A stretch of 64,000 bases of DNA from an uncultured Gammaproteobacteria bacterium (GCA_964402565.1 CAYOCJ010000002.1:661-64660), one strand, 5' to 3'; positions 1-10,264 are shown, counted from the first letter of the stretch. Made by a program: numbers and translations. The notes: generated from the letters alone by a model not told the origin.

Positions 1-1089
1 GGCGAATACCCAGAAGTACAAAAACCGCCTCACTCCCGTATCTCCGACATACTGACGAAGCATAATGATCCCGATGAGCACGAAGAGTACATCCCATGGA
101 TAGGCAAGCGTCGTATTATTCAGCCAGACTCCGGGAGAGAGCGTTCCGGGATGTGATTGGAATAAATACGCGAATGGCGTGAAGGATAACCCCAGAAAAG
201 CCTGAGCGCTCGAAACGGCGGCGGCTGGATTATAGGTAAGGAAGAGCGTTATGAAATGCAAAAAATAATTCAAGAGATAGTAACCGATCCGTTCATGCAT
301 CGTATGATACAGCGTAAAGACGCTCAGGTAGTCGAATCTACTCTTGGTCAATTGCGGCATGACGAGAGCCCCCATATGAGAAAGTAGGAGTATATGCTCC
401 TGTGACTGAACATAGACTAGCACTATAGGTACTGCGAGCAGAGCCGCGCAACCTATGATGCCAAACACTGATCGTATAGAAATTTGTTTTCTGAAAGACC
501 ACCAATAGCCAAGCAACATGAGCGGTACCCACAGCACTGATGCGCCATAGGTATAGAGCATCAAGGCGCACAGGATGCCGACACATATGATCTGCCAATC
601 TTTCGGATGCGCACGATGCTGCTCAAGTAGCACCAAAGTCCCCAAGCAGAGCGCTGGCGCAAGAAAAGCGTTAAATCCTATCGATGAAGCCATCACACTC
701 CATGGCCAGATGAGGCTATTAATGACTGCGATACAGGCGACGGTCCGGTTGACCCAGCGAGCTAATAGTATAGAGAGCAGCCACCAGCCACATACCTGTG
801 CTAGCAACACGATCATTCGAATAGCAATGAGCGGCTGCACTTTGCACCAGCGGATCAATGGCAATGCAAGATAGGCAAGTGTCACATTCTCTCCCCAACC
901 GAATCCAACGAACTGTACTGGAAGATACGAGAGGTGAATACGCGATGCTTCCTTAATCAACTCCAACTCATCGTCCAGGGCAGGGACCTGGGTAATGATC
1001 CAAAGACGGATACTCAGCGTCAGAATAAAAAAAGCTATGAGCACGATCAGCCCATAGACTTTGGGACGCGTGGGCTTGTCGAGGACCAT
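1..1089 (-). CDS. Partial CDS (3' end runs off the window): polytopic membrane protein, GT-C (PMT/ArnT-like) glycosyltransferase candidate
   Basis: Hand translation of the minus strand from ATG at 1087-1089 reads with no stop down to position 1. It begins MVLDKPTRPKVYGLIVLIAFFILTLSIRLWIITQVPALDDELELIKEASR and is followed by many hydrophobic segments. The R-x-W...DDE..L..EA pattern resembles the first-loop DE motif of GT39/GT83 enzymes. It is absent from the ORF track because there is no stop inside the window. Confidence 0.4.
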   Translation of the reverse strand, partial: MVLDKPTRPKVYGLIVLIAFFILTLSIRLWIITQVPALDDELELIKEASRIHLSYLPVQFVGFGWGENVTLAYLALPLIRWCKVQPLIAIRMIVLLAQVCGWWLLSILLARWVNRTVACIAVINSLIWPWSVMASSIGFNAFLAPALCLGTLVLLEQHRAHPKDWQIICVGILCALMLYTYGASVLWVPLMLLGYWWSFRKQISIRSVFGIIGCAALLAVPIVLVYVQSQEHILLLSHMGALVMPQLTKSRFDYLSVFTLYHTMHERIGYYLLNYFLHFITLFLTYNPAAAVSSAQAFLGLSFTPFAYLFQSHPGTLSPGVWLNNTTLAYPWDVLFVLIGIIMLRQYVGDTGVRRFLYFWVFA

Positions 1090-1096
1090 AGCCGAG

Positions 1097-1729
1097 CTAT
1101 GCCTTCACGGCATCATGCAGCTGTTGCAGTCGTTCGGCCACATGATCATTGTCGATGAAACTCCCGACCGCGAAGCGGCTTGCTCCAGCATTCATAAGCT
1201 GCTTGATACTTGTCGGTGTCACACCGCCATCGACCTCTATCTGAACCTCGGGATGCGCGCCGTGAAAGAGCGCGATGTGCTCGACGACATCATGGCGGAA
1301 CGGACTGCCATTGGCACCAGGCTCGACCGTCATGAACATCACGCCGGAACATTTACCAACGACCTTCGAGAGGAATTCGACCGGTGTGTCAGGATTGATC
1401 GCGGCGAAAGCCTTCTTACCCCAACTCAGTATGAGCGCCAATGCGTCATGCGTCCCTGATGATTCACAGTGGACGATGATACTTTCGACCCATGGCCTGT
1501 TCCATTGGGCGATAGCATACTTCTGCAGATCAACCATCAGATGCACTTCGAAATTGAGTGTAGTGTTCAGCGATTCGATCAATCGAGGATCCGCGATGCT
1601 TTCGCCGGCGATGAGCGAATTATCTATCACATCCAGTTGGGCAAGCTGAATATGCGGAGCTAATGCATGGATGCGATCAGTGAATGACTTGTTATCGCGT
1701 GCTAGTACTGAGGGCGCTATGGAGATCAT
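1097..1729 (-). CDS. rpe: Ribulose-phosphate 3-epimerase
   Basis: 210 aa. Motifs HLMVD, VDGGV and MTVEPG are typical of the RPE TIM-barrel. Confidence 0.85.
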   Translation of the reverse strand: MISIAPSVLARDNKSFTDRIHALAPHIQLAQLDVIDNSLIAGESIADPRLIESLNTTLNFEVHLMVDLQKYAIAQWNRPWVESIIVHCESSGTHDALALILSWGKKAFAAINPDTPVEFLSKVVGKCSGVMFMTVEPGANGSPFRHDVVEHIALFHGAHPEVQIEVDGGVTPTSIKQLMNAGASRFAVGSFIDNDHVAERLQQLHDAVKA

Positions 1730-2175
1730 CGTTCGATGCGTTGTATCTTCTTAATACGCCGGAGATGCCGTGATGCTTTCGATGGCTTGGTGGAAAGCCA
1801 TGCGGCGACGATACGCTTTGCCTTCTCGACGGCGGTTTCCCATGATGACAGGACCAGGACATTCGCATGATCATCCTCACGAGATTTTTTCGCAGAGAAG
1901 ATGGTCGTCACGAGAGCCGCGCGGATGCCTTTCACTTTATTCGCGGTGATGGCCATACCATGTCCGGAACCGCAGACCAAAATGCCCAGATCGCTCTCCC
2001 CTATTTTCCTCGCGACACGAAGCGCATAGTCAGGATAATCATCACCTTGGACATGATGCAAAGCTCCCAAATCCTTGAATGGGATTTTGTGCTTCTGTAG
2101 ATACGTCTTTAGCTCTTCTTTGAGCCAAAAACCATTATGGTCAGCGCCAAGATAGATCATGGAATTAGTATACAC
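1726..2175 (-). CDS. rpiB: Ribose-5-phosphate isomerase B (RpiB/LacAB family)
   Basis: Sequence IYLGADHNGF...VCGSGHGMAITANK. The true start may be the internal Met at 2160. It overlaps rpe by 4 nt. Confidence 0.85.
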   Translation of the reverse strand: MYTNSMIYLGADHNGFWLKEELKTYLQKHKIPFKDLGALHHVQGDDYPDYALRVARKIGESDLGILVCGSGHGMAITANKVKGIRAALVTTIFSAKKSREDDHANVLVLSSWETAVEKAKRIVAAWLSTKPSKASRHLRRIKKIQRIER

Positions 2176-2214
2176 GAGCTGTAAAAAGGTGTCTAAAGAC
2201 CATCGCAGCGAAAC

Positions 2215-4476
2215 TCAGCGGGACGACGGTATCTGGTATATCTGTATATACGGGCTACTCGAGACGAGGGGTAGCTTTTGCAGCACTTCGGCCAATCTAT
2301 AGTTCAAGTAGCTGAACACCGGATATGCATCGGGCGATCGCCGTATCTCCGAGGTAAAAGGAAGCAGAGTCGGCACAGCAATATGCGTCATACCATTCTG
2401 CTGCAAAGCAGTGATGAGGCTGTCTGTGGTAGAGTAGCGCATCGCATAGTCAAACCAATCATGATCATCCAGGTAATTATTAACATAGATATGTTGAGCA
2501 TTCCCATCGATAGCGGGATAGAAAGGATAGTTATCATTGGCCGCTATATTGAAAAGCACATAGTTCGAATCTTGTCGCTTCAATGCGTCAATCGTCTGAG
2601 CGACCTTGAATCCCTCTAGGTTATGTTGGCCCGCCAGATACTGCTGATCATTCGCGAGCATCAGTGTGGCATTCCGCACAGTTCCTGTGTGCAATGTCTG
2701 GACATAGGCGATCAGTAGTAAGAGCAACACCAGATAAGCCAGGCCACTATACTTGAGCTGGTCGAGATAATAAGCAAGCATCAGTACCAGCAGCGGAAAA
2801 AGAAAGTATAAGTAATGCAGCCAGCTCACCTGCATGAAATGCCATGCAAGATATGATGCTGTCGCAGCGAGAGCCAATTGTACAACAAAAGCATTCCGCT
2901 TCTTCAGAAGCGCGGCGGCACCAATAAGCAAGACTATCGGCCCCAGATAATCGACTGGCCAGCTACGCGTGACCAGGCTCGGCATCAGTAGCTGCGTCAG
3001 CCCACTCTGATCAATGTGTACTGTCAGATAATTCAGGGATTGCAATTCAGCGTAATAGTTCTTCTTTACAGCCGCGAACGCCTGACTGCTAGGCGCGGCG
3101 GCTTGCTGCGAGATCGAAAGAAATGGATACATGGGGCTGCCATACCGCAGCATATTGTATATACCCCATGGTGCGAAAGCTATGGCAGCGAAAAAACACA
3201 TAATAACAATGCCTCTTACTTTCTGCTTGATGGTGTCTGATTGAAAAAGTAGGAGCACTATAAGCGCCGGGATGAGAAGAAGAGCGCTATATTTTACCGC
3301 GAAGGCACTGCCTACAAAGAAGCCAGCGACAGCGAACGATCGACTGGAACGCTCATGACTCACAGTGAGTACAAGCGCTAGAGCTACGGTGGTGAACAAC
3401 AAGAGCAAAGCATCAGGACGGACGCTATAGAGCATGAAATCATTCATCAAGAGAATGGTGAGCAAGATACATGACCAGAAAGCTGCGCGCGGTTTCAAAC
3501 GCGAGACCGCGATACAAGCGAGAACGGCTGTCGTAAGTAAGAACAAATAGCTATTGAGTATCGCTATGGCCGGACGATACAGCTGCGCTATTGGAAGTAT
3601 CAGATAGGTGCTGGCAAAGGAGATTTGATTCACCGGAGAGATAAACTGCGTATAGCCACCATTCGTTAGGAATGTCAGCGGCACATTGAGATAGGTCTGC
3701 CAATCATCGAGCGAAAGGCTTGGATAGGTATAGTATCTGAACAGCAAGAGCGGCCCGAAGAGAACTGCAAGTAATCCTACTGTATACCACAGCGCTCGAG
3801 CATCTCCTATCTGTGATGACAAAGTGACCGTATGTATTTTTAACAGTAACGATTGCAGCCTAAGGCGATCCATCCAGATGAAATAGAGCGTGAGTACGGC
3901 GAGTATGATTGGAGCGATTGACAGTATGTGCAACAGGGAAAGAATAAAATATAGGAGTATGAGCATATACAAGCCGATGCCAAGCGTGACAAAAAATCCC
4001 ATCGCTCTATCTAATTCCAGACCGATCCTGCGTGTGGCCCGCAGACCGAGCGCATAGGCGAAGAGAGTAAGCCAAAGGTAGAGCAGATGCACTATACACA
4101 CATTGCATATGATGGCGACCACTCCTCCCACCATGGTATACAGATCACGTGAAACTGAACCGACTATCAATATATACAGATACACTGCTGCGTAGAATGA
4201 CACTGTATACGCGACACTGAAGCCGATCAATCGCCCTACATTGATCTTAATGGTTACGGCTCGATCCATCCCACGAAAGGCCGAACGAATGATCGCATAT
4301 AGTATCAAAAAAACGAGCAGCAACATCCCGATGCTGACGCAGATAACCTTGAATTGGAGCAGATCAGGTGGCCGCGCTCCACTCAATCCGAAGTACACAA
4401 TAAAAAAAACAAGCGCGACGCCAGCAAAAATGAACTCCTTGAAATCTTCTGGAGATAGACGGATCTTTCTCAACAT
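2215..4476 (-). CDS. Large polytopic membrane protein with C-terminal soluble domain (possible GT-C-type glycosyltransferase)
   Basis: 753 aa. About 14 hydrophobic helices in the N-terminal ~480 aa, then a ~250-aa hydrophilic domain. No diagnostic motif recognised. Confidence 0.35.
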   Translation of the reverse strand: MLRKIRLSPEDFKEFIFAGVALVFFIVYFGLSGARPPDLLQFKVICVSIGMLLLVFLILYAIIRSAFRGMDRAVTIKINVGRLIGFSVAYTVSFYAAVYLYILIVGSVSRDLYTMVGGVVAIICNVCIVHLLYLWLTLFAYALGLRATRRIGLELDRAMGFFVTLGIGLYMLILLYFILSLLHILSIAPIILAVLTLYFIWMDRLRLQSLLLKIHTVTLSSQIGDARALWYTVGLLAVLFGPLLLFRYYTYPSLSLDDWQTYLNVPLTFLTNGGYTQFISPVNQISFASTYLILPIAQLYRPAIAILNSYLFLLTTAVLACIAVSRLKPRAAFWSCILLTILLMNDFMLYSVRPDALLLLFTTVALALVLTVSHERSSRSFAVAGFFVGSAFAVKYSALLLIPALIVLLLFQSDTIKQKVRGIVIMCFFAAIAFAPWGIYNMLRYGSPMYPFLSISQQAAAPSSQAFAAVKKNYYAELQSLNYLTVHIDQSGLTQLLMPSLVTRSWPVDYLGPIVLLIGAAALLKKRNAFVVQLALAATASYLAWHFMQVSWLHYLYFLFPLLVLMLAYYLDQLKYSGLAYLVLLLLLIAYVQTLHTGTVRNATLMLANDQQYLAGQHNLEGFKVAQTIDALKRQDSNYVLFNIAANDNYPFYPAIDGNAQHIYVNNYLDDHDWFDYAMRYSTTDSLITALQQNGMTHIAVPTLLPFTSEIRRSPDAYPVFSYLNYRLAEVLQKLPLVSSSPYIQIYQIPSSR

Positions 4477-4483
4477 ACAAAGA

Positions 4484-5161
4484 CTAGTTCTCTACAACAC
4501 TTCTACGCCGAGCATGCTTCGCGCGCCACGCCGCTATGTTCCGATGATCGCCCGAAACCAATACCTTCGGTACGCGGTACTTTTTCAGATATACTTCCGG
4601 CTTCGTATAGTGCGGATGCTCTATATTCGTGGCGCCTTGGCGGAAATCAGCGAATGATTCATGCAGGATAGATTCTTCTTTACCGACCACACCCGGCAGC
4701 ATGCGCGCTACCGAATCAACGACGCATGCCGCTGCTAATTCACCGCCGGTCAAAACAAAATTACCAAGCGACAGCTTCTCATCAATGAAATGATCGATCC
4801 GCGCATCAATGGCCTCATAACGACCGGCAATAAGAATAAGTCTGTTGTATTTTGAAAGCCGTTTGACAGCCCGTTGATCGAAGGTCTTCCCGCGTGGCGT
4901 CAGTAAGATAACGCGCGTATCTTTTGCTCTACGTTTATAGAGAGCTTTGAGGGCACGATGCACGACATCCACGCGAATGACCATTCCTGCTCCACCGCCA
5001 TAGGGCGTATCGTCGACGCGATTATGTTTGTTCTGCGCCCACGCGCGAAGATCATAGTTAGTAATCTTGATCTTCTTATTGTTCTGAGCGCGACCAAGGA
5101 TGGAAGACTGATAGTATGTCTCCAGAGCATTCGGAAATAAACTTATAATATCAAAACGCAT
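4484..5161 (-). CDS. trmD: tRNA (guanine37-N1)-methyltransferase
   Basis: MRFDIISLFP...IAGRYEAIDARI...LSLGNFVLTGGE (SPOUT-knot motifs). Classic rpsP-KH-trmD neighbourhood. Confidence 0.9.
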   Translation of the reverse strand: MRFDIISLFPNALETYYQSSILGRAQNNKKIKITNYDLRAWAQNKHNRVDDTPYGGGAGMVIRVDVVHRALKALYKRRAKDTRVILLTPRGKTFDQRAVKRLSKYNRLILIAGRYEAIDARIDHFIDEKLSLGNFVLTGGELAAACVVDSVARMLPGVVGKEESILHESFADFRQGATNIEHPHYTKPEVYLKKYRVPKVLVSGDHRNIAAWRAKHARRRSVVEN

Positions 5162-5238
5162 ACGTGTAGTATACTATGGCCGGACACAAAAACAATGCCG
5201 CCCCGCACTACTGTGCGGGGCGGCCTGCTCTATATACC

Positions 5239-5589
5239 TTACAATTTGAGATCTGCGACTGCTTCATCGACGGATGACGCACGGTCCTGTCGTGGTTCGC
5301 GAGGCTCACGTGGTTCACGTCGCTCGCCCATTCGTTTTGAACCCTCTGGTTCGAAAATCTTCAGATTAACACGAGCATTATTCTTGGCGCCAATGACGCG
5401 AAGCAATGTTCGGAGGCTTCGTGCAGTCTGACCTTCACGGCCAATGATCTGGCCCATGTCGGTCGGATTCACCTTAAGGATTAAGAGAACACCCATCTCA
5501 TCGATCGTCCGCTCGACCTGTACGTCATTCGGGTTGTCAACCAACCGTTTGACAACGTACTCGAGGAACTCTTTGTCTTGTTCGGGCAT
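5239..5589 (-). CDS. KH-domain RNA-binding protein (YlqC/UPF0109-like)
   Basis: LILKVNPTDMGQIIGREGQTARSLRTLL carries the KH GxxG loop. Sits between rpsP and trmD. C-terminal PREPREPR repeats. Confidence 0.75.
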   Translation of the reverse strand: MPEQDKEFLEYVVKRLVDNPNDVQVERTIDEMGVLLILKVNPTDMGQIIGREGQTARSLRTLLRVIGAKNNARVNLKIFEPEGSKRMGERREPREPREPRQDRASSVDEAVADLKL

Positions 5590-5713
5590 CTGATTCGTAA
5601 CGTTAATACTTATGGTATAAGGTACTGCGCAGTAGTATCCGTATGACCTGTACGGGCATCACTGCGTGGTGACTTTAGTATAGCAAGTACTACTCCACTG
5701 TCAAAAAACGAGC

Positions 5714-6109
5714 TTAAGCAGCCGACGCCTGTTCTGTCGGGGCAGCTTCTTCTGAGGCTGGCGCCTCAGCAGCAGGAGCTGCGGGCTGATCCGCTTTTTC
5801 CTTCTCAGCCTTCTTCTCATCCAACTTGGCCTTGCGCTTCGTCGAAATATGAACGACTTTACGTCCAGCATCAGCTTGAATGATCTTATGCTTCAGGAGA
5901 AGATTATAGACCGTATCTGACGTGCCTGCGCCCAGCGTCAACCAATGGCTGATGCGATCAGCTTTCAGCACTGCCTCTTTCGTATGTGGATTATAGTGAC
6001 CAAGAAGCTCCAAGTAGTGGCCTTGGGTATCTTTCTGCTTCTCAGAAACTATGATGCGGAAGAATGGCTTCTTCCGTTTACCGACACGAGAAAATCGTAT
6101 TGTCAGCAT
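5714..6109 (-). CDS. rpsP: 30S ribosomal protein S16 with Ala/Pro/Glu-rich C-terminal tail
   Basis: MLTIRFSRVGKRKKPFFRIIV...HYLELLGHYNP is a textbook bS16 N-terminus. Confidence 0.9.
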   Translation of the reverse strand: MLTIRFSRVGKRKKPFFRIIVSEKQKDTQGHYLELLGHYNPHTKEAVLKADRISHWLTLGAGTSDTVYNLLLKHKIIQADAGRKVVHISTKRKAKLDEKKAEKEKADQPAAPAAEAPASEEAAPTEQASAA

Positions 6110-6376
6110 AGTAATTTATTACTGGTAATTCTCTCTTTTCACTTGCATCAAGTGCGCGCCGCATGAAAAGAATAATGTATCTTGTTGTACTTCTGGTTCG
6201 ACCGATGATTCGACTGTACCCACTGAGCAAAGGATTGTCATGAGTATATCGAAAGACCGAAGTTTCAGTATACTACCTGCTTTGACTCAGGCTGTCAACC
6301 CATTAAGGGTTTTAATTCTATATGCTAGCTAGCTATACAAAACACTAAGCCTCGTGTTATACTATAGCCATTCAGT

Positions 6377-7228
6377 ATGCAAAAAATCACGAAAGCTATC
6401 ATTGCTGTTGCTGGAGCTGGGACTCGCTTCCTGCCAGCGACAAAATCCATGCCTAAAGAGATGCTTCCGATCGTCGACCGACCGATTATTCAGTTGGTCG
6501 TTGAGGAATTGGTCGAGGCAGGCATTACTGACATCATACTCGTTACTAAATGGGACAAAAAGCCTCTCGAAGATTACTTCGACCGCAGCCTGGGGCTCGA
6601 ACAGGATCTGGCAAAAGCAAAGAAGACTGAGCTCTTAACTAAGGTCAAAAGGGTCTCTGAAATGGCGAATTTCATCTATATTCGGCAGAAAGGTCCCTAT
6701 GGCAATGGGACACCCGTGTTGTCTGCCGCGAGCCTTGTCGCCAATGAACCTTTCGTCTTCGCCTGGGGAGATGATCTGGTCAGATCGAAAGTATCTTTCA
6801 CGAAACAGATGATCGATGACTATAGCAAAACCGGCCATCTGATGATCGGAGTCCAGAAAGTGCCCAAGAAAGATGTGCATCGCTATGGCATCGTGAAACT
6901 ACATAAGAACAGCATGCAGCTTGCCGACATTGTCGAAAAACCATCCATCGAGGAAGCGCCATCACAATACGCGGACTTCGGCCGCATGATCCTGAATCAG
7001 GATATCATTTCAGTCTTGCAGAAAACGAGACTCGGCAAGGGCCGTGAACTGTGGATCGTCGACGCGATCCGTGGCTATATCAAGGCCGGCGGCGCGTTCT
7101 TCGCGAAAGCCATTACCAATGGTGAGTGGCTAACCACCGGAGATCCTCTGAACTTCATGAAAGCCTATCTCGAGTACGCCATGGACTATCCAGAGTTACG
7201 CGCCTATCTCAAAAAGAAAAAGTTCTAA
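6377..7228 (+). CDS. galU: UTP--glucose-1-phosphate uridylyltransferase
   Basis: KAIIAVAGAGTRFLPATKSMPKEMLPIVDRPIIQ, a GalU-type nucleotidyltransferase signature. Confidence 0.85.
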   Translation: MQKITKAIIAVAGAGTRFLPATKSMPKEMLPIVDRPIIQLVVEELVEAGITDIILVTKWDKKPLEDYFDRSLGLEQDLAKAKKTELLTKVKRVSEMANFIYIRQKGPYGNGTPVLSAASLVANEPFVFAWGDDLVRSKVSFTKQMIDDYSKTGHLMIGVQKVPKKDVHRYGIVKLHKNSMQLADIVEKPSIEEAPSQYADFGRMILNQDIISVLQKTRLGKGRELWIVDAIRGYIKAGGAFFAKAITNGEWLTTGDPLNFMKAYLEYAMDYPELRAYLKKKKF

Positions 7229-7240
7229 CAAACACAACAC

Positions 7241-8632
7241 ATGGATTCCAAATATATCCTAATTCCTGTCGCCATCGGGGGCCTCATCCTCGCGGTACTT
7301 GTATACTTTACGGTCGTCCAAATCACCAACAGCGGGAAAGCGAAAAACTATCCTCCGGTCGTCCTCCAGTATTGGGGCGTCAATGAAACACCCGAAGACA
7401 TCTCGCTCCTCACGAAAGCATATACAGCTCGCCATCCGAAGATCAGCATCAACTACCGAACATTCCGTGAGGATGAGTATAAGCAGAAATTGCTCGAGGC
7501 ATGGGCCTTGGGTCAGGGGCCGGATATGTTCATGATCCCTTCTACGAAGATCCGCGAATTCATGAAATTCATCACGCCGATGCCGGCGACCATGAACTCT
7601 CCGGTGCAATACCAAAAAGGTACCATCAAAAAAGAGACCGTCGATGAAGTTCGCGCCTACCCTGGGCTCACGCCAAGTGATATCAAAAATACCTTCCTCG
7701 ATGTTGTCTCGAATGACGTGGTCATTGACAACAAGATATGGGGACTTCCCTATAGCGTCGACACACTCTCGGTCTACTATAATCGTGAGATGCTGAAAAA
7801 CGCGAATATCCCACTTCCCGCCAAGAGCTGGGAAGAGTTGATCGCGCAAGCGCCCGCCATAACGAAGCTGGATTCCAATGACACTATTGTGCAGTCAGCT
7901 ATCGCGATGGGAACGACGAATAATATACCAACCGCCCTTGAGATCATCATCAACCTCATGATGCAGATAGGCGTGCATATCAGTGACGCTTCCGGTCCGC
8001 TCTTCCATACCAATCCAGACAGCCTGAAAGCTATTGATTTTTTCCTGACCTTTGCCCAAAAAGGTCTTTCAAATTACTCCTGGAACAAGGATCTCCCTGA
8101 TGCTTTTGATCAATTTACCTCAGGGAAATTGGCTTACTTCATCGGGTATCCTTACCACGCGAATCTCATTAAACAAGCTAATCCGCAGCTCGACTTCGAT
8201 GTCATACCGATGTTCCAGACAGCAGGGGCCGAAAATCCGCCAAGTTATGCGTCTTACTGGGTTACCGTGGTGACTAAACCTCGCGCCGGGGAATCTACCC
8301 AGAAATCCGAGCTTGCCTGGCAATATTTGCTTGAAAGCACGGCGAAAGATAATGTGAATACGTTCCTTACCAACCCAACCCATCCACGCACGACCGCGCT
8401 CCGAGCATTGGTCGATACCCAAAAATCCGATCTCTTCCTCGGCCCATTCGCTCAGAGTTTACTGAATAGCCAAAGCTGGTACCAAGGGTATAATTATGAT
8501 CTCGCGAAAAAATACTTCCTCGATATGATAAATAACCTCAGCACTACGACCCCTATGGGAGCTGCCGGGCCGCAACAATTCCTCAGTGCTGGCGCTGATC
8601 TCATACGACAAACCTATTCACCGACCGAATGA
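7241..8632 (+). CDS. Membrane-anchored extracellular solute-binding protein (ABC substrate-binding family 1-like)
   Basis: 463 aa. N-terminal TM/signal anchor followed by a periplasmic-binding-protein-like domain. Its stop overlaps the start of the next gene (ATGA). Confidence 0.45.
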   Translation: MDSKYILIPVAIGGLILAVLVYFTVVQITNSGKAKNYPPVVLQYWGVNETPEDISLLTKAYTARHPKISINYRTFREDEYKQKLLEAWALGQGPDMFMIPSTKIREFMKFITPMPATMNSPVQYQKGTIKKETVDEVRAYPGLTPSDIKNTFLDVVSNDVVIDNKIWGLPYSVDTLSVYYNREMLKNANIPLPAKSWEELIAQAPAITKLDSNDTIVQSAIAMGTTNNIPTALEIIINLMMQIGVHISDASGPLFHTNPDSLKAIDFFLTFAQKGLSNYSWNKDLPDAFDQFTSGKLAYFIGYPYHANLIKQANPQLDFDVIPMFQTAGAENPPSYASYWVTVVTKPRAGESTQKSELAWQYLLESTAKDNVNTFLTNPTHPRTTALRALVDTQKSDLFLGPFAQSLLNSQSWYQGYNYDLAKKYFLDMINNLSTTTPMGAAGPQQFLSAGADLIRQTYSPTE

Positions 8633-9321
8633 AATCATCGACTCGCCTCATGCTACTCTGTTGTATCGTCGTGAGCTTCGCGCTCAGCGCCGCATTGACC
8701 GCAGCGCAAGCTCAAACCAACCCCAATGCCATCCTTCGTGGAGAAGGAACGGCCGCAGGGATCGGCGCGGATGCGAATAACCCGGTCACGCTCGCTGACT
8801 GTACGAATACCGGCAACTGCAGCATCGAACATATACTGCTTCTCGCGAACAGCATCATACGCTGGGCAGTGGCGATCAGCGGATCGGTTGCTCTCCTCAT
8901 GTATGTCATCGGGGGCGTTTGGATGATCTTCTCACAGGGAAACTCGAGCCGGATCGAACACGGCAAAGATATTATCGTCGGCACCAGCATCTCGCTCATC
9001 TTCATTCTGGGAGGATGGCTCATTATTCAATTCGCTCTGCAGAGCGTGGGAGCGAAGAGTCAATTCCTCTTGAAACCGAACAACTGTGGTACGAGCGGTG
9101 AGTGCCCTTATGGACAAGTGTGCTCGAAGAATAAATGTGTCGAGCGCTGTGTCACTGACAAAGCCGAGAAAGATCCTGATCATCCATGGCAGTGTCAGGA
9201 TATGAACCAATGCGGCATAGCATCAGCGAATGACTGCTCAGCGCATTCCGGAAATTGCGCTCTCAATCTCTGCATCACACAACCAGCGAACATCGTCTGC
9301 TGCTGGAATCCGAATTTATAG
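8629..9321 (+). CDS. T4SS-pilin/TrbC-VirB2-like two-helix protein with Cys-rich C-terminal extension (paralog 1)
   Basis: Signal peptide, then helix-VIGGVWMIFSQGNSSRIEHGKD-helix, then a ~95-aa tail with 16 Cys. Confidence 0.5.
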   Translation: MKSSTRLMLLCCIVVSFALSAALTAAQAQTNPNAILRGEGTAAGIGADANNPVTLADCTNTGNCSIEHILLLANSIIRWAVAISGSVALLMYVIGGVWMIFSQGNSSRIEHGKDIIVGTSISLIFILGGWLIIQFALQSVGAKSQFLLKPNNCGTSGECPYGQVCSKNKCVERCVTDKAEKDPDHPWQCQDMNQCGIASANDCSAHSGNCALNLCITQPANIVCCWNPNL

Positions 9322-9353
9322 CATTTTTCCAAAAAAACAAGTACCATACATCT

Positions 9354-9797
9354 ATGCAATACAAAATAAAATCACGGACCATACTGTTCGGCATAGTGTT
9401 TGTGGCAATACTATCTCTGTCGTTGCTCTTCAGCGCTCAGAGTGTCCGAGCGCAAGGTTGCTATCCAAGTGATTTTGTCGGACCACTACCACCAGGCGCT
9501 GTACGTTGCGCTGCCACTGGTGGCGGAACTGGCATCCCCCTACAGAACCCTATCAACGCAACCAGCGTTCCTGAGCTGGTGAACTCAATAGTCAAAGCAA
9601 TCCTCGGTATGGTCGGTGCTCTCGCACTCTTCATGTTCGTCTATGGCGGTATGCTGTGGATGACTTCCGCTGGAAATGCTCAGCGGATCGAGAAAGGTAA
9701 AGAAACGTTGATCTGGGCGACCATAGGTCTGGTCATCATCTTCGCGAGCTATGCAATATTGAGCTTTATTTTCACCGCGCTCAGTGGGAAAAGCTAA
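9354..9797 (+). CDS. T4SS-pilin/TrbC-VirB2-like small membrane protein (paralog 2)
   Basis: Signal peptide; FVYGGMLWMTSAGNAQRIEKGKE lies between two hydrophobic helices. Start chosen at MQYKIKS rather than the upstream in-frame Met, which overlaps paralog 1. Confidence 0.5.
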   Translation: MQYKIKSRTILFGIVFVAILSLSLLFSAQSVRAQGCYPSDFVGPLPPGAVRCAATGGGTGIPLQNPINATSVPELVNSIVKAILGMVGALALFMFVYGGMLWMTSAGNAQRIEKGKETLIWATIGLVIIFASYAILSFIFTALSGKS

Positions 9798-9798
9798 C

Positions 9799-9826
9799 TT
9801 GCAAAATAAGCGTTTTGTGGTATAAT
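9799..9826 (+). promoter_or_regulatory. Sigma-70-type promoter with extended -10 (TTGCAA-16-TGgTATAAT)
   Basis: Read directly from the sequence. It is 57 bp upstream of the paralog-3 ATG. A GGGGGTG Shine-Dalgarno lies 6 nt before the ATG at 9884. Confidence 0.6.
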
Positions 9827-9883
9827 TGTCATAGTTCTTTCTGGCGTTTACCATCTTAAAGTAACATGAAAGGGGGTGAATAC

Positions 9884-10243
9884 ATGAAAAAACTACTCAC
9901 AAAGGCATATCGCGTGGCTTATCTAGCTCCTCTGGCCCTCGGTGCAACAGCCCACGCACAAGGAGTTTCCATTGACTTTCCAAGTTCATTCGCTGGTTTC
10001 AGTTCGCAAGACCTGAAGACCACGATCCAGAACATCATTCGGATCATCGTTGGTTTCCTTGGCATCATTACCATCTTGATTATTCTCGCTGGTGGCTTCA
10101 AATGGATGACCTCAGGCGGTAGCGAAGATAAGATCGGAGAAGCAAAGAAACTTATCAGCGCTGGCGTTGTCGGTCTCGTTGTTGTCCTCGCTGCTTACGC
10201 AATCGCAAGCTTCGTTGTCAACAGTCTGCAGAAAGCTGTCTAG
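9884..10243 (+). CDS. T4SS-pilin/TrbC-VirB2-like small membrane protein (paralog 3)
   Basis: MKKLLTK... signal peptide ...AGGFKWMTSGGSEDKIGEAKK... second helix. Start moved to the Met that has the Shine-Dalgarno. Confidence 0.55.
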   Translation: MKKLLTKAYRVAYLAPLALGATAHAQGVSIDFPSSFAGFSSQDLKTTIQNIIRIIVGFLGIITILIILAGGFKWMTSGGSEDKIGEAKKLISAGVVGLVVVLAAYAIASFVVNSLQKAV

Positions 10244-10264
10244 AAGCCTCAAGATACACAGAGC

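Noticed and set aside
338-874. Track ORFs 338-598 (-) and 575-874 (+)
   Set aside because: Alternate frames of the partial GT-C membrane protein gene that reads through 1-1089 on the minus strand.
9919-10101. 60-aa antisense ORF inside the pilin-like gene (and its duplicate at 10497-10679)
   Set aside because: Fully embedded in a better-supported sense gene that has a promoter, Shine-Dalgarno and signal peptide. It is duplicated only because the locus is.
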